In this document: one piece after another, positions 44,905 to 57,639 of the stretch
Position numbering within the stretch: the first letter of the stretch is position 1
How the letters are laid out: every line of letters begins with the position of its first letter
From: Oikopleura dioica
Taxonomy: Eukaryota; Animalia; Chordata
Reading direction: 5' to 3'
Assembly: GCA_907165135.1 (NCBI GenBank)
Contig: OU015567.1
Coordinates: 6,076,001-6,140,000 of the forward strand
Length of the DNA: 64,000 bases
Position numbers and translations under genes: made by a program
Notes under the pieces: model-generated
The model's input: the letters and a program-made list of their open reading frames with translations, nothing else
Databases searched by the model: none
Told to the model about the DNA's origin: nothing

Positions 44905-45620
44905 ATGCCACCGAAAAAGAAGAAGGCAGGAAAGAAAACGTCCAAGACGAAAGAAGTTGGCGGAACGAAAGAACAGGAATTGAAAAAACTAGAATTGGAG
45001 AATGAAATGCTCAAAATGGAAGTCGCCAGAAACATTTCTCTCGCCAGAAAGGCCCAAGATGGTAAGTAAAAGTACTTTTTATTCATTCGAAAAATGTCAT
45101 TTTAGAGCGGCAAAAGATGGCTCAAGAACTGACGGAAGAGGAAACAAAGCAAGTGACGAAGCAAGAGTACCTGACCGATGTCGCAGAGAGTTTCCAGCGC
45201 TCCTTGAAGCAAGAAACGCTAAAAAGAGTCACAGAAGAGGGAGAGTACCAATCGCAGATAAATTCGTTGATGCGAAGAATCGAGCATTTGGAGACGAATC
45301 TTTCTGAGTCCAAATCAGCCCACGAGGTAATTTCCTTTCCTGTGCGAATTCGATTCTAAATGATTTAGCAAGCGATGAACGAGAAAAACGAAAAGATCAA
45401 AAACTTGACGACCAAAATCGAAAGCTTGGAAGCAAACTACCAAAGTGTCCTTCACAATGCCTTCATGGACCTCTCGCACAAGATTTCCGCCCTCAAAGTC
45501 GAGTGGGAAGACGACGGGCTCGACTATCTCAAGAAATATGGCTCGCTTTTGCTCGATTTCGGCCTCAGTCCGGCGGAGCTCAAGGCGCAGTATTCTGATC
45601 TCGACGAATTTCAGCTCTAG
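44905..45620 (+). CDS. CCDC153: Coiled-coil domain-containing protein 153 (DRC12)-like
   Basis: MPPKKKKAGKK N-terminus, coiled coil, C-terminal EANYQSVLHNAFMDL..KVEW..LLDFGLSP resembling CCDC153. Confidence 0.65.
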
Positions 45621-45751
45621 TTTTTCAACCTTTTTCTCTCAATTTTTTTCTTTCACTACAGAAATCTCTATTTTTTTTATTTAAAAATGTTCGACAAATA
45701 TTTTCATAATGAAATTTTTCTCTTCTAACCAGCCCTTTTTCCTCTTTTAGA

Positions 45752-47550
45752 ATGAACTTTCAAGGGATGGTTCGTCCAGGAATGACCGGACCACCTGGTT
45801 TTGGCGGTCCTCCATCAGGACCACCCGGTCAGTGGCGAGGAGGACCCCCGGTCGGTTATCGTCCCCCAGTTCGTCCCGCTCAGCCTTCCCGACCTCAGCA
45901 ACCAGTGAAAAGGCCAGCGCCGCAAGGAATCATGAACGAAAACCAAAAGATCAAGCCGATGAAGCAGAAAAAGCCTGGTGACCGTGTTTTACCACCTAGT
46001 GTTAGAGATCTCGTCCCCGAGAGCCAAGGTTCTTTTTTTCGCAAGAAAACATCCTCTCAAAAATTGTAGCTTACGCTGATCTTCTTCATCTCGAGCGGCG
46101 AGTAGACTACACTATCATGCGAAAGCGACTAGAAATGCAAGAAGCGTTGAAACGGCCACAGAAGATCAAGAAGAAGCTTCGATTGTTCATCACCAATTCC
46201 TTCTCTCCCGCAAATCCAGCGGATCAGAACCACCAAACTGGTTCTTGGGAGCTTCGAGTAGAAGGCCGACTTCTTGGTAAACCATCAATAAAGTGCTCTT
46301 CTCTCTATCTTTCCCTTTCAGAGCCAGAGGCGTTGACAAGCAATAAGAATCCAGAAGCAGCATCTGGTAAAGTCAAGCGAAAGTTCTCGACGTTCTTCAA
46401 ATCGCTCGTCATTGAGCTCGACAAAGACATCTACGGCCCCGATAATCATTTGGTCGAGTGGCACAGACAGTCGAATACTCAGGAGACCGATGGTTTTCAA
46501 GTCAAAAGACAAGGTAAAACTCGAACAGCATTTCAAAGAATCATGTGTTTTTAGGAGACCAGGATGTAAAATGCACGATGATGTTTATGCTCAATCACGA
46601 GCCAGCTCAATTCAAGGTTTGAAGATGAAATTACTTTATTTTCAGTCAATTTATACATTACTGTAGCTCGACATGCGACTCGCAAGGCTTCTGGGAATCC
46701 ACACGGCAACAAGAAGCGTCATTGTTCATGCTCTGTGGCAATATATCAAGACAAACAAGCTCCAGGTACATTCTTAAAAATTACAATTGAAAAGCCTCGC
46801 TTTCAGGATCCAAATGATCGAATCTGGATCAACTTGGACCAGTACTTGCGCCAAATTTTCAACACTGAAAAGATCCGCTTCGCCGATATTCCCGGCCGAT
46901 TGCATCCTCTCCTTTCACCCCCTGACCCGATCGCTATTCACCACAAAATCAGCTGCGATCCGAACGAATCGACAAGAAACAAGACGACTTGTTACGACAT
47001 CGAGGTGGAAATCGACGATCCGCTTCGTCAAGTCCAGTCCAACTTCCTTCGAGACACAGCTACAGCGGTAGTTTTATCCATTTTTAGAACAAATGACGAC
47101 ATTTTTTTCAGAATGAAATTCAAACGCAAGATCGAAAGATTCTCCAAAATATTGAAATGATCAAAGAGCTTCGCGTTGCGCGAGACTTTTACATTGGATT
47201 TTCAAACAACCCACAGGAGTTCATTACTGACTGGATTGCTTCTCAATCTAAGGATCTTAGAGGTTGGTCATTTGGTCAAGGCTAGATTGAATAATCCTTC
47301 TTTTTAGGAATGCAGGACATGGCGGGTAATCCAGACAACGAACGCAAAAGCGAAACCTTCAAAGAAGAATGGGTCAATGAGGTTTGTTCGCTCTCCTTCT
47401 CCCTATCCCTAACGAAATCGATTAGGCTGTCATGCGATATTTCTACAATAAGATTCAAACCCGCCGCGCCGAGTTGGAAAAAGCGATTAATGAGCAAAAC
47501 AAGTAACATGTCTTCTATTCCTATTCTTTCACTTTCTTAGTAAAAATTGA
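45752..47550 (+). CDS. SMARCD1: SWI/SNF subunit BAF60 (SWIB domain)
   Basis: VRDLVPESQ|[80 protein letters not shown]; paralog number not resolvable. Confidence 0.93.
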
Positions 47551-47693
47551 CCGTCTACTGCCACTTTTACAGTCCCCCGTTTTTCATTGAACATAATTAC
47601 CTGTATTGCATATGCATAACACTGCTCTATCTAACCAAATGATTCATAAATTCTCTAATTTGAAAGAAATACAACAAGTTTTTGGATCAGAAA

Positions 47694-48459
47694 ATGTTGC
47701 GTGTCACAGTCAGTCGACGATTCAAATCGGTATCGGACAAATGGGTCAAACAGAACTTTCAAGAAGACTTGACCCTGGCCTCGACAAAGCCAAAACTAGA
47801 AAATAATATTTTCTCCGGGCTTTTCCGAAAAGAAATACTGGAACCAGAGAAGAAACCCTTCAAGCTTCCGTGGCACAGAAGACTTCCAAAGAATAGCAAA
47901 GCCGGATATGGTAAGAATTTTTCAACAGCAGCAGATTATCATTGTTGTCTTCAGAAATCGAGCAAGCGATAAAAGAAGTACCGAGTAATGTAAAGAAGGG
48001 AGGAATCAGTTTTACGACGCTGAGGCTGAAGAAATATTTGCGCGCGGTGCAGTCGGCAATGTTCAGAACAGTTTTAATTTGCCTTCTTCCGACCATGTGT
48101 GTTTGCTTTGCACACTTGAATCCGTGGTATACGATTGATGAACATCTGATGAGCCAGTCTCGCTGGAAACTTGCCAGATTAAAGGTACTTTTGAGCGCTT
48201 TCGAACTGATTAAATTTCTGTTTAGGCGCATGTGGAATCTTTAAAAGAAGCTGAGTTGGAGCAAATAAGCACGATGAAAGCTCTATGCGAGGAGAAAAAC
48301 ATTTCATTGGACATCAAAACAACAGCAGAAAAGCTTCGAGAAGATGGTGCCCAAGCACTAGAAATCTCCCCGCAATTTCACCCGATTAATATTGTTACTG
48401 GTCAGGAAACACCCGAAGATATCGCGGCGAAAACTGGCTTTAAACTTGCTGTTCCATAA
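47694..48459 (+). CDS. Hypothetical membrane protein with mitochondrial-presequence-like N-terminus (3 exons)
   Basis: MLRVTVSRRFKSV start, hydrophobic segment TVLICLLPTMCVCF, coiled-coil tail; family not recognised. Confidence 0.6.
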
Positions 48460-48526
48460 ATTCAACATTTCTTCTTCATTATTTTCTTTCTAGAACTTGT
48501 TAGAACGATTTATTTTCAGTCAAAAC

Positions 48527-50059
48527 ATGTCGGACAGAGAGCAAAATGACGATTACAAAAATGATGAGGGACGATTATCATATCCAGATGAAGATTCAAG
48601 ACATCATTCGCGAGAACCTGAAGATCCGAGGGATCCTAGGAGAAGTTCGAGGAGATCACCGAGTTATGATGAACAGAGGACAAACTACAGAGATGACCCT
48701 CGTAAAAGCCCGGATGATATGGACATCGAGCCTGAGCGACCAGAAAGTCCAAACGGTTCTCCGAGACAGGTAATTTTTCAGAGCAATATTTGCGGTTAAA
48801 AATGAGTTCAGGGTGACAGAAGAAACAATCAAACTCGCGGCTCAGCTGATTTCCAAAAAATGAACTGGAAAGTGGTGAGTCGAGTGTTGATACCAGCTAA
48901 AACGGCTGGCAGTGTGATTGGCATTGGCGGGAGCACGATAAAGCAACTCAGGGAAGAATACGGTTGCTCAGTGATGATTCCAGATTCGAATAGTCCGGAA
49001 AGAATTCTCACAATCAGAACGCAAAACTATCATCTCGGTAATTAAATGACAGAGCCACGGAATGATGCTTATTACTAATTATTAGGAGGGAAAGTGATTG
49101 GAAGATGTGCAGAGCAACTAGACGAGTTCTTGCGAAAAAACATTCCAATTCGTTTGATGGTCTCCGAAATAGCCCTATCCGTACTGCCAGATGATCTTGA
49201 AAGCTATTGCAAAAGTGAATGGAACGCTGATATCAGAATTATGCCCATGAATTGCCCATTTTCCACAGGTACTTTTACTTATCTGTAGCGATATTGAACT
49301 GTCTCTTCCATCTGTAGATCGATTGATCATCATTGGAGGATCTCCAAATGCCAAGGGAAGCTCATCTGGGTACATTCTCGATACGATTCATGAATCTAAC
49401 GTTGACGAAAGCAATGCCAAGGTATCAAAAGCTCTTTCTTTACCATCGCAATGACATATTTCCAGCCTTACAATCCCGACCGCTGGAACAACTCAGAATA
49501 CGGCGGCTTCGGAGGCAGCTATATGAACGACAATCTTTTACGCGACCAGCGAGTCCGAGACAATCAACAACAATCAAGCAAGCCCGTCCAAATATCTGCC
49601 CCACAGCCAGTCAGAGACAAATTTGGAAGGGATCAAGTTTGGATCAAGAAATTTACACTCCCTTCGAAGTACTTCATCTATATTGTCGGCAACGCAGGGG
49701 CAAGGATAGAAGAGATTCGAAAAGGGACAAACACGCTGATAAAATACGGCCCGGAGCAGGATGGTCAAAGACTCATTCAGGTCACCGGAACCAGTGAACA
49801 AATTGACAGGAATGGTGCGAAAAGAAAGATGTTGTTTTTACGACTTTTGAGTATTAGTTTTGTTCTTAGAGATAACTTTGAATCGGCGAGGGTAACTACT
49901 GATCTAAAATTCATAAGTTGTGTCCGTATGAATAATAAATTCAGGCAAAATACTTCTCAGAGACTCAAGATTGTTGTCTCCTCAAAAAGCTCTTTCTTTT
50001 TGCACCTCAAAAGCGCATTGTACATCATCAAAAGCATAGTCAAGCGCCATATTGACTAG
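48527..50059 (+). CDS. KH-domain RNA-binding protein, hnRNP K-like
   Basis: RVLIPAKTAGSVIGIGGSTIKQLREEYGCSVMIPDSNSPERILTI (KH1); YIVGNAGARIEEIR..QVTGTSEQID|SALYIIKSIV (KH3). Confidence 0.8.
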
Positions 50060-50210
50060 CTCTTTATTTCTAAAAAAAATCGTTTGCTTCGGAAACCCAT
50101 TGTCCTTTCTTCAGACTTTGCAATTCTCAATTCTCGTATTTTCGCACTTTTCAAATTCATCCATTCGCTGCTCACAAAAGCCTCTCTTTCAGACTGAAAT
50201 AAAACCAAAG

Positions 50211-50440
50211 ATGACTGAGACAGCTAACACTGGCTTGGACAGCGCTTACGTCAAGGAGCAGCTTGGTGATGTTCTGACCGATCTTCTCTCCGAACTCGTG
50301 CAGGTGCAGCCCAGCGACCCCATTGAATGGCTTGCCAATGCTTTGAGACAGCACGCCCGCGCCCAATCGGTAAGTCTTTTCATCCCTTTTTCCTGTCTTT
50401 TTCTAAGAAGCAATTTTAGACTCCAGCGGCGACTGCTTAG
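50211..50440 (+). CDS. Small DPY30/RIIa-domain protein (DYDC-like)
   Basis: DSAYVKEQLGDVLTDLLSELVQVQPSDPIEWLANAL motif; 2 exons. Confidence 0.75.
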
Positions 50441-50751
50441 GAAGCACGAATATGAAGATGACTCAAAAGAGTCGAATCCACTCCATTTTCTTTTTATAAC
50501 CAATAAAACCATCTATTTTTCCTTACACTCATAAGTGTTTCTATTTCATTTTGATTAATTGTGTTCAGTAATCATAATTTCCCGCGTCCTAGAATGATTA
50601 GGCGGGCACCTACATTACTCGTTCCTACGAGAGGAGAAATCGAGGCCGCCTGGCACGCTGCTCGGGGAAATCAAACTAACGAGGTTGGTACTTGCTGTTT
50701 GTTTATTTTTACATCAAATTTGTACAGATTGGCAGTTTTATACCGTAATAA

Positions 50752-51135
50752 TCATACAACGGTCCATTTGTCGGCGTAAAAAGAGCTCATGTCCGGCGAG
50801 TGCTTCGAAAATCTCTCGATTCTTGCGTCGATCGGGTCATCTTCGTGAGACCAAGAGGTGTCGCAGCGACTGGAGTACAGACTGCTCGGATCTCTGACGA
50901 TGTTTTCTGATGGGACGGTTCTGATGTAGTTGCCAAAGTTGCTCTCTAAAGATCGACGCAGTCTGTATTTGTATTCGCGGCCTCGCTTCGTGATCTTCTC
51001 TTTCTTTTCCTTGTCGATTAGGATGTTTGCTTGCCAAAGGGTGAATACGAGAAGTCCCATTGTGATGATAAGCAAAACCCCGAGAATAATGATGACTAAA
51101 ACTTGAGCATCAATTTTAGGAATCATGTTTTTCAC
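50752..51135 (-). CDS. Small single-pass membrane protein
   Basis: VLVIIILGVLLIITMGLLVFTLW TM helix followed by a basic stop-transfer segment. Confidence 0.55.
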   Translation of the reverse strand: MKNMIPKIDAQVLVIIILGVLLIITMGLLVFTLWQANILIDKEKKEKITKRGREYKYRLRRSLESNFGNYIRTVPSENIVRDPSSLYSSRCDTSWSHEDDPIDARIERFSKHSPDMSSFYADKWTVV

Positions 51136-51792
51136 TTTCTATTTTTTCGGTCTCTGAGTGTGTTATTTTTGTCTCGTTGTTACGATTTATGTGTGTTTAT
51201 GACGACAAAAGTCGCCGTGACTCTTTTTATAATCTCTGAGCGTAAGTGCACCCTAGCGCACCTAGCACCACCCTACGAGCGCACCCCAGCAGCTTGCGAC
51301 AATTCGCAATTTCCGCAAGGTGCAACGACCAGTACTATCGACCCCTCGAAATTACAAATAAGCTCCAGCCGGCCTCGGATAAGGAGGATACTAGCTCGGA
51401 TAAGAAAATTTGATCTAAGGGGTTTCTTGAAAAGTGTGAGAACTTACCTTCTTTTAAGAAAAACACTTCCATGAAAGCGAAAAAAGGCAACAACGTACTT
51501 CAGCGAATTGGATTGGAAAAGTCGGCGATGAGCCTTGATGACACAACAATGTCCCTGCAGTAGTTACTGTATCTTTCATTCCTCATTTTTTGCTCAAAAC
51601 TCTGCCAGTTACTGTCAGTGACAACTGAAACGGATAACCTGACCTCGGCCCTTTTAGACAGTCGATTGGAGCAACAAAAAAACGCTTTAGGAGCACCCTA
51701 AAATAAGGCGTGAAAAAAAGAATCGCTTCCCTAGAATCATAAAATCAAATAAAGATAAAATTTGATTTAGCCGGTACGTTGATCTATGCATC

Positions 51793-54700
51793 ATGCATCT
51801 GTATAACTTGACGCTACAGAAATCTACGAATATAACCCATGCCGTCCATGGAAACTACTCGGGGCAGAAGCAGCAGGAAATTGCCGTCGCCCGCGGTACT
51901 CTGTTGGAAATCATCAAGGTATATAAAATTGTAGGCTAATCCCCACTCAATCTCATTTTTTTTCAGCCGGATCCGAATACCGGAAAAGTCCACACAATCT
52001 GCTCTCGGGAATGTTTCTCACTTATTCGATCCATGATCTCCTTCCGTCTTACTGGTGGTACAAAGGATTACATCGTCCTCGGCTCCGACTCCGGCAGAAT
52101 CAGCATTCTCGAATACAACCCTGAAAAAGGCTCGCTCGACCGAGTTCATTGCGAGACTTTCGGCAAGTCGATGAGTCGCCGAATCGTGCCCGGTCAGTTC
52201 CTTGCTCATGATCCCAAGGGTCGGGCAATTATGATCGCTGCCTGTGAAAAACAGAAACTCGTCTACATCCTCAACAGAGATGCGCAAGCTCGACTAACGA
52301 TCTCGTCCCCTCTTGAAGCTCACAAAAGCTCCACGATTCACTTTTACCCAGTCGGACTCGACGTTGGATTCGAAAATCCCGTCTTTGCCGTTATCGAACT
52401 CGACTACGAAGATGCCGATGCAGATCCAACCGGCGAAGCTGCTCAAGAAGCGAAACAATCCCTCACCTTTTACGAGCTCGATCTTGGATTGAATCACGTG
52501 GTCAGAAAGTACACAGATCCGCTCGAATGTGCTGCCAATATGCTCATCCCAGTTCCTGGCGGTTCTGATGGTCCTGGCGGAGTCATCGTCTGCGCGGAAA
52601 ACTATTTGATCTACAAGAACTTTGGCGATCAGCCAGACATTCGCTTTCCCATTCCACGAAGACGAAATGATCTGGACGATCCTGAGCGAGGAATGATCAT
52701 CGTTGCCCACGCGACTCACAAGACCAGATCTATGTTTTTCTTCTTGCTCCAGACCGAGCAGGGTGACATTTTCAAGGTTACGCTTGAAACCGAAGAAGAC
52801 ATTGTCACAGAAATGCGTTTGAAGTACTTCGATACTGTCCCTGTTGCTTCGTCTCTTTGTGTCCTTCGAACTGGTTTCCTCTTTGTCGCCGGGGAGTTTG
52901 GCAATCACAATCTTTACCAGATCACTCGACTCGGGGAGGATGACGATGAGCCTGAGTTTTCATCAGCAGAACCTCTTGAAGAGGGGGAAACTTTCTTCTT
53001 CACTCCTCGTGGGCTTCGAAACCTCGCTCTCACCGACGAAATGGATTCGTTATCGCCCGTTCTTAATTGCGAAGTCGCAGATTTGGCGAATGAAGATACG
53101 CCACAGTTGTACGTCACTTGCGGACGCGGACCTCGCTCGACTTTACGAGTCCTCCGACACGGTCTGGAAGTATCCGAAATGGCCGTTTCCGAACTTCCGG
53201 GGAATCCCAACGCTGTTTGGACGGTCAAAACCTCGGCCGATGCTGATCATGATTCCTATATCATCGTTTCCTTCGTCAATGCTACTCTTGTACTTTCCAT
53301 TGGTGAAACAGTCGAGGAAATCACCGATTCCGGCTTTCTCGGAACCACGCCTACTTTGTCTACTGGTTTGATGGGCGAAGATGCTCTGGTCCAAATCTAT
53401 CCAGAAGGCATTCGCCACATTAGATCAGATCGACGCGTTAACGAGTGGAGAGCACCTGATCGCAAGCAGATTGTCCGATGCGCCTGCAATCGCCAGCAAG
53501 TTGTTATCGCCCTAACTGGTGGAGAAATCGTATACTTCGAGATGGATCCCACGGGTCAGCTCAACGAATACACTGAGCGAAGAGAGTTTGGCAGTGAAAT
53601 TGTCGCCCTCGACGTCGGAGACGTTCCTTCTGGCGAGCAGCGATGTCGATTTTTAGCCGTCGGCCTTTCTGATGGAACTGTGAGGATCATTTCTTTAGAC
53701 CCATCCGATTGCCTACAGCCGAGAACTATGCAAGCCCTTCCAACTGTTCCGCAGGATGTGGCCATTACAGAGCACAAGGGCCAGTATGTCCTTCAAATCG
53801 GCCTTCAAAATGGAGTTCTCCTGCGAACCACGATTGATTCTGTCACCGGTGAAATTTCAGATACTCGAACCAGATATCTCGGAACAAAGGCAGTCAAGCT
53901 CTACAAAGTAATGACCGAAGGCGAAAACTCCGTCCTCGCTGTATCTTCGCGTTCTTGGCTCTCCTACAGACATCAGCAGCGATTCCACTTGACTCCACTA
54001 TCCTACGAAGCTCTTGACAGCGCAACTGGCTTCAGCAGCGAGCAGTGTCCAGAAGGAATCGTCGCCATCGCCGGTAACACTCTCCGTATTCTCGCTCTCG
54101 AAAAACTCGGTGCTGTCTTCAACCAAGTGCGCAATCCACTTCAATTGACCCCGAGAAAGTTTGTCATTCATCCTGACACGGCGAATCTAGTCATTGCCGA
54201 GTCTGATCACAACGCTTTCACTGAAGAGACGAAAAAGCAGCGCAAGAATGCTATCGCTGAAGAAACTGTTGCTTCGGCAGCGCCAGAAGAACGAGCTTTG
54301 GCCGCTGAAATGGCCGCTGCTTTTCTCAAAGAGGAGTTGCCAGAGTCCGACTTCGGCTCACCACGAGCTGGCATGGGCATGTGGGCTAGTAAAATTTCCA
54401 TCATTTCGCCAGAAACAGGAGGTACTCTTCATCACGTGTGGCTTGAGCAAGGACAGGGAATCCACTCGATGTGCTTGACAAAGTTCCAGTCTGTTGGTAT
54501 GATCGATTGGTACTTGCTTGTTGGAACTAGTAACTCGTTGATTTTGAACCCTCGCCAGAGCCAAGGAGGATCACTTCATGTTTACCGAATACACGCTGGT
54601 GAGCGATTTGAATACCTTCACACAACTTACACTGAGGATGCTCCAACTGCGATCACACCCTTCCAGGTAAAATTTAGGACACAAAAATTGTTAAAAGGGG

Positions 54701-55782
54701 CACTCTGAAAGTTGAAATCAAGGAGGAAAATCCTAATCTTTAGGGCCGTGTTCTCATCGGCGTCGGAAACTTGCTTCGAATCTACGACCTTGGAAAGAAG
54801 AAAATGCTCCGAAAGTGCGAGCTCCGATCGATTCCGTACAGAGTGACAAAGATTATTACTGCCGGACAGAGAATTATTGCATTTGATCAGCAAGAATCGG
54901 CGTTTTTCATCAAATACAGAATAAAAGAAAATCAGCTCACAATCTTCGCTGACGATACTTATCCAAGGTAGCAGAAAAGAGTTCAATACAAATGCTCATC
55001 ATTTTTAGATGGGTGACAGCAGCGTGTATGCTGGATTATTCGACTGTAGTCATTGCCGATAAATTTGGAAGTGTTTCCGTCATTCGACTGCCATCAGAGA
55101 CGAACGAAGATACACAGGTGCTTTTCACGTCGCTTCTTGCATTTGATAAAGAGGGTTTAGGACGATCCCAGTGGAGCAAAGGCTCTCTGGTCGAGAGGAA
55201 ACTTGAACGGTGCGTCGCAGAAGGCGGAAACTATCAACAACTTCTTTGTGGGAGACATGATTACTTCTATTCAGGTTTGTTTTTTTTTTTCGTTTCATCG
55301 ATTGCTTAATATTCCACAGAAAACAATCTTGATTCCGGGTGGTGGTGAGTGCATCGTGTACGCAACGATGTCAGGAAGAATTGGAATTCTAGTGCCCTTC
55401 GCAAGTAACGAAGATGCGGACTTTTTCCAAAATCTGGAGATGCACATGAGACAGGAACACTTATTTTTGGCACGGGCTCATTTCCTGTTGATTGTCTTGT
55501 TGCGGTCTAAAGTTTGATCTTTTGAAACAGTAAAACGAACCCAAAAAAGACTGGACGTGATCATCTGGCATTCCGAGGATATTACTATCCCCAGAAGAGC
55601 GTCGTTGATGGTGATTTGTGCGAAGCATTCTCGCTTCTCGGCCAAGATCAACAGAAAGGAATTGCGGAGGTCAGGCAGACATTTTCTAGCTCTCTTTTCA
55701 CCACAGACTTTAGGAAATGGATCGACAACTTGCGGAAGTTTCGAAAAAGCTGGAAGATATTAGAACACGATTCGCCTTTTAG
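51793..55782 (+). CDS. SF3B3: Splicing factor 3B subunit 3 (SAP130)
   Basis: MHLYNLTLQK start; FRLTGGTKDYIVLGSDSGRISILEY; HLGLEVSEMAVSELPGNPNAVWTV-like core; ends KKLEDIRTRFAF*. Confidence 0.98.
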
Positions 55783-55907
55783 TTTAATTCTATGTCTACT
55801 TTACATGTTCAAATACCTTTTAAACTATCTACTGCCGTTTTGTTTCATTCGTCATAAAAATGAATCGTGATTGAATCTGAATCGTCCACTGTAATTATTC
55901 GACTAGA

Positions 55908-57530
55908 ATGTCCGGTGTAGAAGTCTCACTCGGCGTAGACGTCGGCACGGGCTCTGTTAGATGCGCCGCATTTGACATGACGGGCAAACAACACGGAGAG
56001 GCTTTTACGTCTCCGATTCGCATTTCATCGCCCGCTCCACAGTTTTATCAACAATCGACGAAAGATATTATGGCAAATATCGAAAGTGTCATAAAACAAA
56101 CTCTTTCCTCCGCTTCTCTGAATGTGACTGGAATCGGATTTGCTGCGACGTGTAGTCTTGTATTCCTCGATGAAAACTTTGATGGTGTTTCTGTTCATCC
56201 AGATGATCCTGATTCCGAAGAGGACATAATTGTTTGGATGGATCATAGAGCGGAAAATGAAACTTCCAAGCTAAATGATCTGGAAGCTAAAGCGCATGAT
56301 TTCGTTGGCGGCCGCTTTTCGCCAGAAATGGAGCTCCCCAAGTTAAAATGGGTCAAAGAAAAGCTCCCTACAACTTGGGAAAAAACGAAACATGTGTTTG
56401 ATCTTGCTGATTTTTTGTCCTTCAAAGCTAGTTTGGTTCAAGCTCGCTCGGTCTGCACGCTTGTCTGTAAATGGGGCTGGCTTGCGGAGATGCAAGATTG
56501 GGAAGAAAAGCTCTTGGTAGACTTTGGGCTGGAAGATTTGAAAAGTAAAACGCAGGGGGTTGTGAAGCTCCCTGGCGAAGCAATTGGACATATTTCTGAA
56601 GCGTTTTCGAAATCGACTGGGTTGGATAAAAACGTTTCCGTCAGCGCGAGTCTTATCGATGCGCATTCTGGAGCTCTCGGTGTTCTCCAAGCTAGTGTTG
56701 ATTCGTCCAGTTCAAGTTGTAGACTCGCTTTGATTGCTGGGACATCTAACTGTCACATGATGTTGATTCCAGAGTGCAAGTTCGTGCCCGGTGTTTGGGG
56801 ACCCTATGAATCAGCAATTCTTCCTGGCGAATTCTTACTTGAAGGGGGGCAGACATCTGCAGGTTCCACTATCGATTGGCTCGTGAATCTTACAAAATCA
56901 ACCTTTGCTGAGCTAGAATCAAAGGCTCAGAATCTACCGGCTCTTACGGATGTATTATGCATACCAGATTTCCATGGCAATAGAAGTCCCCTCGCAAATC
57001 CTCTTATACGTGGATCTTTTCATAATCTCGCAATTCATTCCGCAGCTGAAGAATTATTCCTTTCCATTATTCAAGGGCTGGCAATGGGTACGAGGATGAT
57101 AATCGAGCAAATTGAGAATAAATCTGAGGTGATTGTCAACGAACTTGTTTTAACTGGTCGACTGGCTAGATCAAAGGTATGACGTCAGAAGTCAATTAGT
57201 GTACCTCGTTACCGTGTAATTATAATGTCGATAGTCGTAACAAACAGTTTGTAGCCCCTGACGACTTGTCTTTTTACAATTTTTAAGTTATTTCAACGCG
57301 TCCACGCTGACGTGACTGGAAAACCAGTCGTCGTCGTCGACACCGACAACGGAGTCCTACTCGGCGCTGCGATGCTCGGAGCCACAGCCAGAGGAACCTT
57401 CGACTCTTTGAAAGCTGCGCAAAGAGCCATGTCTCCCAAGGGGACCCTTGTCGCGCCTGATTTTACTCTGCAAGAATTTTATTCTGAAAAATTCGAAAAA
57501 TTCAAACGCGCTCTTTCTACTCGATTCTAA
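55908..57530 (+). CDS. FGGY: FGGY-family carbohydrate kinase (D-ribulokinase-like)
   Basis: LGVDVGTGSVR, IIVWMDHRA, SPEMELPKL, IDAHSG, LIAGTSNCH, PDFHGNRSP; 2 exons. Confidence 0.93.
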
Positions 57531-57639
57531 AATACCTACAACTTACAATTGTAATTATTCTAATTCTGCGATTCTGCTGATTCAAAAAAATGTTCCGAAT
57601 AGTTCTCTAAAACAAAGCTTACCCAAAGATTTAGACCTG

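Noticed and set aside
47694-48459. UQCC1/CBP3 assignment
   Set aside because: No diagnostic motif could be matched; left as hypothetical.
51240-51450. U2 snRNA-like sequence on the minus strand (tagatcaa, tcctccttatccgagg, gttgcacc)
   Set aside because: Lacks the conserved 5' stem and GUGUAGUA branch-point pairing sequence; matches are short and scattered. An Infernal scan would settle it.
52294-54564. Long antisense ORFs inside SF3B3 and other genes
   Set aside because: Shadow ORFs of strongly conserved coding sequence with no independent motifs.
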